From: a virus
Taxonomy: Duplodnaviria > Caudoviricetes
Virus record (IMG/VR): IMGVR_UViG_3300025154_000369
Span: 1-24,971 of that record
Direction: 5' to 3' (one strand)
Length of the DNA: 24,971 bases
Shown one piece after another: positions 12,001 to 16,444 of the stretch. Position 1 is the stretch's first letter. The number at the start of each line of letters is the position of its first letter. Made by a program: the position numbers and the translations under genes. The notes beneath the pieces are model-generated. The model saw only the letters and a program-made list of their open reading frames with translations. It did not search any database and had not been told where the DNA came from.

Positions 12001-12785
12001 AATCTGACTTCGATGTATGGTATGGCCTCGGTGGAAATATAAACAACTACCCAGATGTGGAAAAGTATTATGACTTCCTCGATCTCATTCAGGAGGCCGC
12101 CGCTAAAGTCGGGGCCAAGGCACCAGATGAACAGCAATTGAAAGACATGTTATTGGCCGAAGCAGATCAGGCTGAATTCAAGGCGGATGTTATGGCTGAA
12201 CTCGGGCTGAATTTCTACACCACCCTGGCAGTTTATATGTACATGGGTTCGGATGAGCGCAAAGAATGGAGGAACAAAAACAAAGATCTGTACAAGAAGA
12301 TCAACACCTATTTCAACATGAGGGATGATTATGCAAAAACCCACCCGCTATGGGCAGCCTATTACTACCCATCCTTTGATGCCAGTACAGGAACGACCAG
12401 CGCCGGTCTCAGTTCAGCAGCTGGATCAGGCTATCAGGCATCCAGCTTTGAAAAAGAGGAGGCGCGATGGTGGCTGCCGTTTGGCAAGCGCTCATCATTG
12501 GATGCTATGGCTCTCTTCACTCCAGGCAAGCTGGGTTCTGCAGGTGTCACTCGGCAACCCTGGTGGCCACAGTCCTTGCTCGACCTGCTGGATCCGCTGG
12601 CAGTGGAGCAAGTCAATCAGGCCACAACAGGGCAGGCACCTCTGCCCAATGCAACGGTTACTTACCTGAAGCGAGTTGCTACCAATCACCCAGAGTATGC
12701 CAGGGCAATCCGTAACAATCTAAAGATTGCAAAACGTGTGTATCCACAGCGTGAAGTTGCCAAAGACATCCGCGAGATGCAGTAG
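3..12785 (+). CDS. Giant internal virion/ejection (DNA-transfer) protein of the large polyvalent protein type; 5'-truncated, more than 4,250 aa
   Basis: The frame is open from the window edge (CAA CCA GCG GGT GCC AGG CGA GTG...), so the GTG at 24 is probably not the true start. No Cys in the 4,253-aa translation. Ejection-protein-like motifs AWVWATLARRPAWMLYNFIDN (3078-3140) and IDYTDFTVLDQFMKDLIPFW (10026-10085) flank a central cassette with HEMFH zincin, ART-PolyVal-like and GGDEF-like modules. Confidence 0.85.
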   Translation, partial: QPAGARRVKPAPPPKPKQTFKATPDTKVGQEVYLSYDKNARLTFITARPTDIKLFNYNGTMVPVSKDDSGNWALDKEITQLGVTLDNMIPMVYTPDLLETLNSTKTAADLLKPLTLDGMIKPGEALYYDPIVNQITARPTQTQIFWTPDHKELTYERTATDDKGMVVPNDPVEFDVQSSKFLQETLTKEHVEFDAFTNLDVAGNPTRASDIRFGLGTVRTEDLQAMHGTDYTLNKQTGETVNLLDEQGNVYPFYLTPETPIANFPIQMENFETALRNSKLFQTLVVPVWAKFDPVKAAPYVDGAIAAISGFYALFDQTSILPKQSILFSSESQTVRRSGLGNAIPAFVSNLLTQFLGRPLVSATRFLAFPVSLFEKATASGMWKFAQSIQDQLEMAVKDKRAVVDDQLQRAMYLELERPGISLSPTQLLQDTYEYTEKFDVGDRGVSTQLEMAGLGSNDALVTYVNRMNSNVAAGQSLMDGAIRKQYSGLTGEAVDEFAEGMYRYYVWGLDWAAINNWIDGRYEQKPIQAGVDKILAGDVPVTSDEVHFLWQFMAYNTVTPTADVRSFMPKFNIQPDAGANYLFLRHAAEVSLAKGRPLTLDELYEESITWLAGYYQNPISTKEFRELMLQRSQARHDRALTLNRTAKSYRVLGEGAPDEATQQYYFGLADEMIKAAQDLLVATYPMDRKAGNIDPFSAYTWDAKPERVQQVYQNVALAELQLGRPPTRQEITDIASMSVDIVIEMGGEMVFDAMELLGVFKVGKIAINAAQKGITKTLVKSAKGISVLNALAAAQDEISNMALIRHMKGRALASQAFKQSEVMAELTSDILRSGPQTKEEFVALFEQVANDIVRIKSAGTKTEAAKIIASIMPNRPTTLSAHTLQEAADLLTETIDPKRWPTIAGEVWDENWSHMIERATHDYNKVWKLDPSDVSLQTLRTNNITAKANQNFFSWAGQSRMATELGSQFRKTFSDANRAWTNSVIFGDTWWAKLGFTGKESTAGISKWRQILEGVYKLNQTFMNAWVWATLARRPAWMLYNFIDNTFRFFVGGAGDIRDIFFLMQTGVGQKIASNVKIPAHVASDLSALTFRYVVEPLGEGVLQKKYLPSVLNLRDNPLGFLQHYRVNYLAMTDGKNALTKAYTVFSAFPVSVKSLANAIEYGTRIRMWYKLYTNNVNVLNKTILTNLLDGAEAIGESPRVLGLKERLLATGMSELDANKWVQHVKDMWLTSGSNSQRFERSLQLLATPGEYLNERLFLPEIITKAAWFDETLQRPLITAVLDELQKFVTTQADAGLTKLTKVQVDQFFDRVIAMFDAESNAKLSAIWNQQAQILRNFDIDSGRQELKGTPYYPEATTKSKDFPLVTDSGNDAVKAIPRDATKLTNTQRRLAKKAVKENRVVIPNDADENLVKAVNTIRERSDAIGTKPQPLTDEQIRAVENDLKDILPADVPTNAIEMEVLDRVIQKNIPRGIYLDAGKRRAIAAKNFGDVFGQPEFTQSRAYSRLERPDRDLIAAHGRNLDDAIRHVASSINSFWIEVWPGPRQLDAAGNIIFTARTSKSWEQTFNLIARQWNSQVFMYEELLDDVRRGNFTLLSSYSVKDMLDKAGIQPMFDAKGRVVRVRMHNPVTNEWKTTDSVVVVSQFKKITGVENQRIYTGSIQELGKGVIPDSKKAFTIEAKILPTPFPSYDEMVNSTPRLALAIKEGRLADANRILAGEFRYHMFYEKAGQLVPADSMLLNRIWKEIGGDSKKQWKTLQDVPPDITHKVLDDWAQTHHGYQLGKMVKGLQDDLTVVFQKQYGWTEAGARDYFKLWDRVMENVSRLLSDTLGRPITKDETWAHVYFGFYKIDPTVDGKAMRGLDGRQVFQSNLNDFIERSVTNNMTGAEILERMKSLGFSEGELKWNGMYQWLVKNKDEAITQSSLKKLVFERERYLEAQTQAGGVWSVALKDGKGNQLVQATGALSLDPDTNLFRFNLTKVEGDVDEYSLQRLQRWARDEEATHLVMPDGVVHDLRKVPPSLKATRRSDFSFLGSTDFVKNELDRHSAIIKAFAGSNPTTSLHEMFHAVEDYLPDAAKKVLDDYASETLLRMQVSNDPAYKLYKDLDPAVARSEITARAWEKYVITEMAPTNEVGHIFKAIKNYLVNFYRSMGDYFGGVYLTPEVRKVFDQMVGDGWKQAQADKLPKPRSPGPKPKVPAKPITSEDALKAARKAKETVTSKPVIKKKDPATKVADLVAVDDIDRAQGRWLQKGTFYPVPRKRRFLKGYTAQDVIDHEIKELRGDLKINPDIDMSSVSAQHTIWVAFDEGAAVKHYKFSDPALKNLTSTQYPYFRVLAVDGNGHALIEYSAKAPKGAEPLLQEIHVHQSILELMNGPENELKTAMRELLDIYTQDDVARLVSQFEPIVTKIEDKLIASNYTMLAKDLTPAEREALSFLANNFLPPSIASTYPQKPVQRFAQQVLDANGNYIGFGVVGNIDIDDIVYVNDFATFFDRVADAVWEPISKGELPKVQRISEDVLSILERRGFDPVVLAGNISSDYIHNALISGRKLTPIPVPDRSSFMDFAARSKVKTPDGQPLPVYHASRFNFVEFNAANDMGHHFGTVYAALDRAHWQPSWQLHAYWLNIENPIKLTDNGGWGYLGVANQLAEIDLISATEALALKNEASMADNIMEGLIQTLDETTPITMVQADKLMNELYTSMPILKDYGNFDAKDLMVSWNLNAGLYANSKTVYSPLNIHRRVGSSRVVAGMKKSYGIDGIEYVNAFENRGSTSYMAFYKNQIKRVDNVGTYNPKVDHVRFQMLSDLIDDSAEHVENSQRALKTWTKSVSGMLDNVDSLFLDARTGFMNANVLVSYPDALSKPNTAYLIGNGFDYIVREMGDDAADHYLRNLASALRGAGLDEADVFHMGDARFVVQMDDARKLDDVLEAVANAPTVRVYDDVGELWDIDLDISHSGVGSKNDIPEQFQLAQEASEKLRSDSYVDWLRHSGEERTEFRNEWEALDDADLNGAEIATHKYIRPANPLFQEVPYQQWYYHKAEREIEKMDFKSTSTARLRSVLPKFISADEMKWSGLDDFLSENKNVTKQEVLDFLRENQIEVNKVTPEIRRSAMSGDYSLFQKTDAEDLVAKAKQPDIQPEIDEAWRAFAQSPIFTHGSQQVSLADLWGVLFGNERKLLEAGSDGFANIAIKLADDFQMSGLTEQAEVMRLLSGLAKDFSKYVEGSVIKLDSLVPPPLALWRTNPQIRQWISNLYGVGSQISAGKRTLHMWKDEFGRKIDDSPLAKLDINPEASKVLNDVAKEGALLKSQMNDVANYGGRMAGHYISPANGAVTKTNFNMIDYTDFTVLDQFMKDLIPFWMYPAKSVPFWIKTLVQHPEIVAFYYKYQRWSKTSALQAHATTSRGEVLPSLKGYVPILPGLWFNPLAPLLFRYAFPRVDNIPEEDPELSPLQSVAKFFLDDAPIFGINISPVMSAVLQIFYDPYYPKTNLAYDVAKAVIPIEFIPPFAERWIMAQTRKVASGWKNVPERFSEEVSWKDYLIEREILINALDRMKDITSQVEKEAIAKEAYAIITRDESLGVVREEDPLWLEARAHVENSEYYRRIAGMFTGIYAKEFTSGQAELSSIRDEVNLLRDMINDEILVTLFKPYMSQADVYKLYTTRKYETPEGWITNSYNMTRYVTDEEGNVLTGALRRQAIAEDAIVQNQTELRYEAIKAAADLKDERLHNIPVGAQDLYDQIMTDYYTAIAQIDDPNGLYPLAKKDYVMGYKPISLIEEHMTGEWWRTIKSTYPRYVKNETWTQYELRVAAWKDGLAKQAELLSPIFQLNFNWNVFEGEIDTEERLSKVDNIMKKLVDQTNAEGYEQWQLKNDSVIDAIWNAYETLYLQPYFDAVKDLSGNERSMAEIQFFKTHTFEPGEREIQQWIVQTYGVGKFGEKLIRDTINGLTFATPEQIEQLKDEPKDPNRNIVYDILAWAGPKQSENYRALMLTYIGLGGYESDFDVWYGLGGNINNYPDVEKYYDFLDLIQEAAAKVGAKAPDEQQLKDMLLAEADQAEFKADVMAELGLNFYTTLAVYMYMGSDERKEWRNKNKDLYKKINTYFNMRDDYAKTHPLWAAYYYPSFDASTGTTSAGLSSAAGSGYQASSFEKEEARWWLPFGKRSSLDAMALFTPGKLGSAGVTRQPWWPQSLLDLLDPLAVEQVNQATTGQAPLPNATVTYLKRVATNHPEYARAIRNNLKIAKRVYPQREVAKDIREMQ
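6105..6525 (+). other. Zincin-like metallopeptidase (MPTase) domain core within the giant protein
   Basis: GSTDF...AIIKAFAGSNPTTSLHEMFH (HExxH at 6192-6206), a candidate third zinc ligand Glu in RSEITARAWEKY (E at 6345) and the tail LTPEVRKVFDQMV. This pattern is typical of metallopeptidase domains in phage polyvalent proteins. Confidence 0.75.
7692..8414 (+). other. ADP-ribosyltransferase domain (ART-PolyVal-like) within the giant protein
   Basis: SKVKTPDGQPLPVYHAS, GHHFGT, YWLNIENP, GIDGIEYVN, SYMAFYKNQIK and NVGTYNP match the ordered ART-PolyVal pattern (SKV..dG.P..vYHGt / G..F / YL.i.NP / GyDGi / y.vF.p.QIK / N.GtFd). Confidence 0.8.
8520..8946 (+). other. Degenerate GGDEF (diguanylate cyclase-fold) domain within the giant protein
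   Basis: DARTGFMN resembles D.LTGL.N; GFDYIVREMGDDAADHYLRNLASAL resembles FK.IND.yGH..GD..L...A..L; VFHMGDARFVV resembles v.R.GGDEFvv; ISHSGVG resembles t.SiGva. Motif order and spacing are kept but the catalytic residues are replaced. Confidence 0.7.
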
Positions 12786-12787
12786 CC

Positions 12788-12817
12788 TTGACGCTGACAT
12801 ATCAATGTTTGTATAAT
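12788..12817 (+). promoter_or_regulatory. Sigma70-type promoter upstream of the scaffold/capsid operon
   Basis: TTGACG (12788-12793), 18-nt spacer, perfect TATAAT (12812-12817), all in the 50-nt intergenic gap; AGGAG RBS at 12825-12829 before ATG 12836. Confidence 0.75.
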
Positions 12818-12835
12818 AGGACATAGGAGCTAGAA

Positions 12836-13585
12836 ATGTTGTTCAATAATAAGTCCGTCAGATTTGAAGTATCTAAAGACAGCGGTGGTTCCAGTGATGG
12901 GACGCCCGCTGTGGGTTCGGTTCCAGCAGGGACGCTTACCCCAGGTGCTGCAGACGCGGGACAAGAAGCTCAGAGGAAATTGGAAGAGGCGTTAGCCAAG
13001 CGTGAACAGGACATCAACAACCTGAAGTCAAGCTTGCAGCGCCAGATGTCACAACGGGAACAAGAGTGGCAACAGCAGCGTGCCCAGCTTGAAAGTGAGC
13101 TGAACAAAGCGCGAATGGCCTCCTTGGATGACGATGAAAAGAAAGAATTTCAGCGCAATCTGGAAGCGGAACAATCCAGCCAGTGGCGTACCATTGCTCA
13201 GCAAAAGGAGCAGGAACTCCAGCAACTTCAGGCCGCCCAGAATTACAAAGATTTCTTTGTCGCCCAAGGTGTGCCCGCCGACAACTTAGTTACCGATCAG
13301 GGTTTGGATGCCCTTGTTGCCTCCGGGTGGCTTGGAATTCAGAAAGCTATGTCGGAACTAAAAGCCAAAGTGAAAGAATACGAGACCACTCACATGACCA
13401 GTGTGCCAACTCCTCAGAACAATCAAGCCGATTCTTCCCAACGAACTCCTCTTGCCGCCTCGCCTGCACCTGCTGGAAACGGGCCAAACTGGAATGATCT
13501 GATCAAACAGTATGGTTCTGCCGAAGAGGTGTACAAACTGGTGGAAGCAGGAGACCTGTCACCCTCGATTATTCCTACAGCCTAG
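12836..13585 (+). CDS. Capsid scaffolding protein
   Basis: Directly upstream of the MCP; low-complexity N-terminus, long E/Q/K-rich coiled coil, P/Q-rich linker and a short C-terminal helical hairpin (WNDLIKQYGSAEEVYKLVEAG); RBS present. Confidence 0.8.
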   Translation: MLFNNKSVRFEVSKDSGGSSDGTPAVGSVPAGTLTPGAADAGQEAQRKLEEALAKREQDINNLKSSLQRQMSQREQEWQQQRAQLESELNKARMASLDDDEKKEFQRNLEAEQSSQWRTIAQQKEQELQQLQAAQNYKDFFVAQGVPADNLVTDQGLDALVASGWLGIQKAMSELKAKVKEYETTHMTSVPTPQNNQADSSQRTPLAASPAPAGNGPNWNDLIKQYGSAEEVYKLVEAGDLSPSIIPTA

Positions 13586-13627
13586 GGATAAACGCGGGCA
13601 CCAACCCAACTCTTCGGAGGACTTGAA

Positions 13628-14632
13628 ATGACCACAATTACTACCGTCACGATGGCGGATGCAATCAAAACCGCGTATGAGAAGCGCTTGCTCTCTCGTG
13701 CCATCCCTCGTTATGTTCATGGCCGCTGGGCTGTTCGCGCCCGCATTTCAAAATACGGCTCTTATGAGGTTCGTAAATACGGATCTCTCTCAGCCCAGAC
13801 CACGCAGCTAACCCAGGGTACCACGCCTGCGGAAACCACCGCGCCAACCCCCACCCTGATCACCATCACCCCCGCCTTTTACGGGGCCTGGATGGGGTTC
13901 ACTGATCTCGTGGATCTGATGAACTATGATCCGATCCTGTCCGAAATGTCCAGCATCCTGGGTGAGCAGACTGGTCTGACCGCTGACACCTTGGTGCGCA
14001 ACGAATTAGTGACCAACGCTACTATTGACTACTCCGGTGGTCAATCAGCGGTTGGTACTCTCACCAGCCCAACCCATGATCTCAGCTACACTGATATCAT
14101 CAAGAACTATGCTGCGCTCGAAGCTGAGTCTGCTCTGCCTGTGGATGGGGAGGATTTTATTCTTATTCTCCACCCCCACAGCTATGCAACACTGATGCTC
14201 GATCCAACTTTTGTCAACCTGATGGTTCAGGAAGCCCCCAACACTGCTATCCGCAACGGCTACATTGGCCGGTTGCTGCGTATGAAGATCTATGTCAGCG
14301 CCAATGTGACTGAATGGGCTGATGTTGGTGCCGGTAACACCACAGATGTATATGCCGCGATCTTCATTGGTCGTGAATCATACGGCATCCTCGGGTTGAC
14401 TGGCTATCCTGAAGCTGCAAGTGTTGACAACCAGGGGCCGGATGGTCGCCCGTTGACCGGTCAGCGCATCAAGGCTGTTGAAGTAATCGTGAAGCCGGTT
14501 GGTTCAGCCGGTGCTGCCGATCCTCTCAACCAGCGTGGCTCTCTGGCCTGGAAGCTAGCTCTCACTCCCAAGGTGCTGAATAGTGCCTGGATCCGGGTTG
14601 TCAAGCACACCAATGTCTTCAGTAACCTGTAA
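13628..14632 (+). CDS. Major capsid protein, N4-gp56 family (HK97 fold)
   Basis: Family-typical motifs YEKRLLSRA.P, LTQGTTP, YGAWMGFTD, ILHP, GYIG, DVYAAIFIGRESYG and IVKPVGSAGAADPLNQRGSLAWK; 334 aa; GGAGG RBS at 13616-13620. Confidence 0.93.
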   Translation: MTTITTVTMADAIKTAYEKRLLSRAIPRYVHGRWAVRARISKYGSYEVRKYGSLSAQTTQLTQGTTPAETTAPTPTLITITPAFYGAWMGFTDLVDLMNYDPILSEMSSILGEQTGLTADTLVRNELVTNATIDYSGGQSAVGTLTSPTHDLSYTDIIKNYAALEAESALPVDGEDFILILHPHSYATLMLDPTFVNLMVQEAPNTAIRNGYIGRLLRMKIYVSANVTEWADVGAGNTTDVYAAIFIGRESYGILGLTGYPEAASVDNQGPDGRPLTGQRIKAVEVIVKPVGSAGAADPLNQRGSLAWKLALTPKVLNSAWIRVVKHTNVFSNL

Positions 14633-14657
14633 ACCCGCGTGATTGGAGGATAATCAC

Positions 14658-15092
14658 ATGACTATCATACTGAAAAAGGCTCCTCGTTTTGCGCCGGGTG
14701 CACAGGTGGCTGATATGCTGCGGGACTCCACGCGCGTTGTGAAGTGCGCCCTTGTCCCCGCACCTACTACATCTCCTGCAGTTGTCACGGTGTGTAAAGT
14801 TCCAGCCAACACAGTCATTCTGGGTACTCTGCTGGAAGTTGTGACTGCGTTTTCGTCAACTGGTGCGTTGACGGCAACTGTAGGAGATACCGGCGCTGCT
14901 GCTGTACTGGGCAGTTTCACGTCTGGCAACCTTAGCTCCATTGGATTTGTTGCGGCATTGGGTGGTAAGAACTACACTGCTGATAAGAACATCAATGTTA
15001 CTATCACCAATGCCTCGGCTGCCGGTGGAGTTGGATCACTGCGCCTGTGGTTACTCTACAGCACAGACTCAGATCAGCAATCCGTTGGATAA
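14658..15092 (+). CDS. Capsid decoration/cement protein 1 (small beta-sandwich), 144 aa
   Basis: Follows the MCP; A/G/T/V-rich beta protein. Start moved to ATG 14658 because GGAGG (14645-14649) lies 8 nt upstream and overlaps the TTG start given in the ORF track. Paralogous to the next gene. Confidence 0.65.
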   Translation: MTIILKKAPRFAPGAQVADMLRDSTRVVKCALVPAPTTSPAVVTVCKVPANTVILGTLLEVVTAFSSTGALTATVGDTGAAAVLGSFTSGNLSSIGFVAALGGKNYTADKNINVTITNASAAGGVGSLRLWLLYSTDSDQQSVG

Positions 15093-15103
15093 TGAGGTGA
15101 CAA

Positions 15104-15550
15104 ATGGCTAAAACTTTTCCCGTAATTGGAACTTTCATCATGGATCACGATGATCCCGCCCCGCTCAAAGTGCTCAAAGTATCAGTTGGGGCTGCGGCTG
15201 GTAATGATGTTGTGGTCGGCGCTGCTGGCGTCTATCCAGTCATTACCGTACCAGCTGGATTCATCATCCATGAAGTCCTATCCCGTGTAGCAGTTGCCTG
15301 GACAGCTTCACTGACAGCCACCCTGGGTGATGTTGCCAGTGCCGCCGGTTTCATGGCCTCGGCTGACATTGCTCCACAGACTGCAGTTACTACTGGCATT
15401 TTCGTTTCCTCGAAAGCGGCTGCTGAAGCCTACGCCAACGGTAAACTGTATCTTACTGAGCAGGTCATCAACTTGACCACAGCAGCGGCTACGGCTGCAG
15501 CCGGTCAGATGGATCTCTATTTCCTGTACTCTGTGGCAGGAGAAAACTAA
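15104..15550 (+). CDS. Capsid decoration/cement protein 2, paralogue of the previous gene
   Basis: GAGGTG RBS at 15094-15099; shares VPA..I...L..V..A, LTAT.GD, GK.Y.....IN.T and G...L..LYS with 14658-15092. Confidence 0.65.
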   Translation: MAKTFPVIGTFIMDHDDPAPLKVLKVSVGAAAGNDVVVGAAGVYPVITVPAGFIIHEVLSRVAVAWTASLTATLGDVASAAGFMASADIAPQTAVTTGIFVSSKAAAEAYANGKLYLTEQVINLTTAAATAAAGQMDLYFLYSVAGEN

Positions 15551-15562
15551 TCGGTACTAAAT

Positions 15563-15589
15563 TAGGGCGGGGTCAAAAGCCCCGCCCTA
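15563..15589 (+). terminator. GC-rich stem-loop after the head genes (terminator-like or mRNA 3'-stabilising hairpin)
   Basis: TAGGGCGGGG-TCAAAAG-CCCCGCCCTA, a perfect 10-bp stem. There is no good poly-U tail (followed by CATTCAT), so termination is probably partial. Confidence 0.6.
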
Positions 15590-15647
15590 CATTCATACGA
15601 TCATCTTCACACATGTGGGATGGTCTCCTATTGGGTGGAGGTGAGAA

Positions 15648-16442
15648 ATGGGTTCAAGTAAACGACTAAGCAAAATTGAACAGGCGCAACGTGAAGCAGA
15701 AATGCTCAATGCACAAGTGCGCTCCGATGGAGTAAACGAAGCACCGGTTGTTCAAGATTTGTTATCTGAAAATTTTTCAGTGGCCAGCAATACTGACGCA
15801 CTGAAAATTGCACTGTCACTGCAGGAATTAGTGCGCGGTCAGAATTCCATGCTCAGCTTGGTGCAAGGCCAGGGTGAGGCTATCACCAAGCTGACCGAGC
15901 GCATGAACAAAATGGACAAGGATGCCCAACGTTGGGAGCAAGATCGCGCCGGGTTTCTAAACAGTGTCCAGGAAAAAGCCGACAAGTTGAAGATCATTGA
16001 CCCCGAGAAAAAAGCCAAGCTGATCGCCAACGCAGGCAAACAGGTACAACAAGAAATCCAAAAAGCAATGGCCACCAAAGCCACTGATGACATTCAATTT
16101 GGGGCCTGGATGGACAACCAACCCAAAGTAACTGTTACTTCGATGGGCAAACCCACAACTGTAAATCAAGCCGGGGTGATCACTGTGGTAATGGAACCTG
16201 AAGTTATTCGCATTCGTACCCGCCAATGGGTACTGCCACCCGGCATACCTGTAGATGTTCCTCAGCCTGTGGCCGAGGAATTCTATGCACGACAAAGAAT
16301 AGATCAGGAAACTAACGAGCGCAAGAAAATTCTCAATGCCAATGCACCGCTGGACAATGTGGTCATGGCCCAAAAGTGGGGAGAAATTAGCCAAAAATTT
16401 GGCTCTCAAACTGAGATAATGATGGCTGAAGATAGAGGCTAA
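15648..16442 (+). CDS. Hypothetical phage protein (coiled coil plus small C-terminal beta domain), probably virion assembly
   Basis: GGAGGTG RBS at 15637-15643; central coiled coil; C-terminal VIRIRTRQWVLPPGIPVDVPQPVAEEF resembles the V.iNG..y.i..G..V.VP..VAE motif I recall in proteins encoded after N4-gp56-type capsids. Confidence 0.7.
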   Translation: MGSSKRLSKIEQAQREAEMLNAQVRSDGVNEAPVVQDLLSENFSVASNTDALKIALSLQELVRGQNSMLSLVQGQGEAITKLTERMNKMDKDAQRWEQDRAGFLNSVQEKADKLKIIDPEKKAKLIANAGKQVQQEIQKAMATKATDDIQFGAWMDNQPKVTVTSMGKPTTVNQAGVITVVMEPEVIRIRTRQWVLPPGIPVDVPQPVAEEFYARQRIDQETNERKKILNANAPLDNVVMAQKWGEISQKFGSQTEIMMAEDRG

Positions 16443-16444
16443 CT

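Noticed and set aside
14630-14657. Frameshift or readthrough fusing the MCP to the decoration protein (T7 10A/10B style)
   Set aside because: The downstream frame is closed by TGA at 14640-14642, no slippery heptamer is evident, and the decoration gene has its own RBS.
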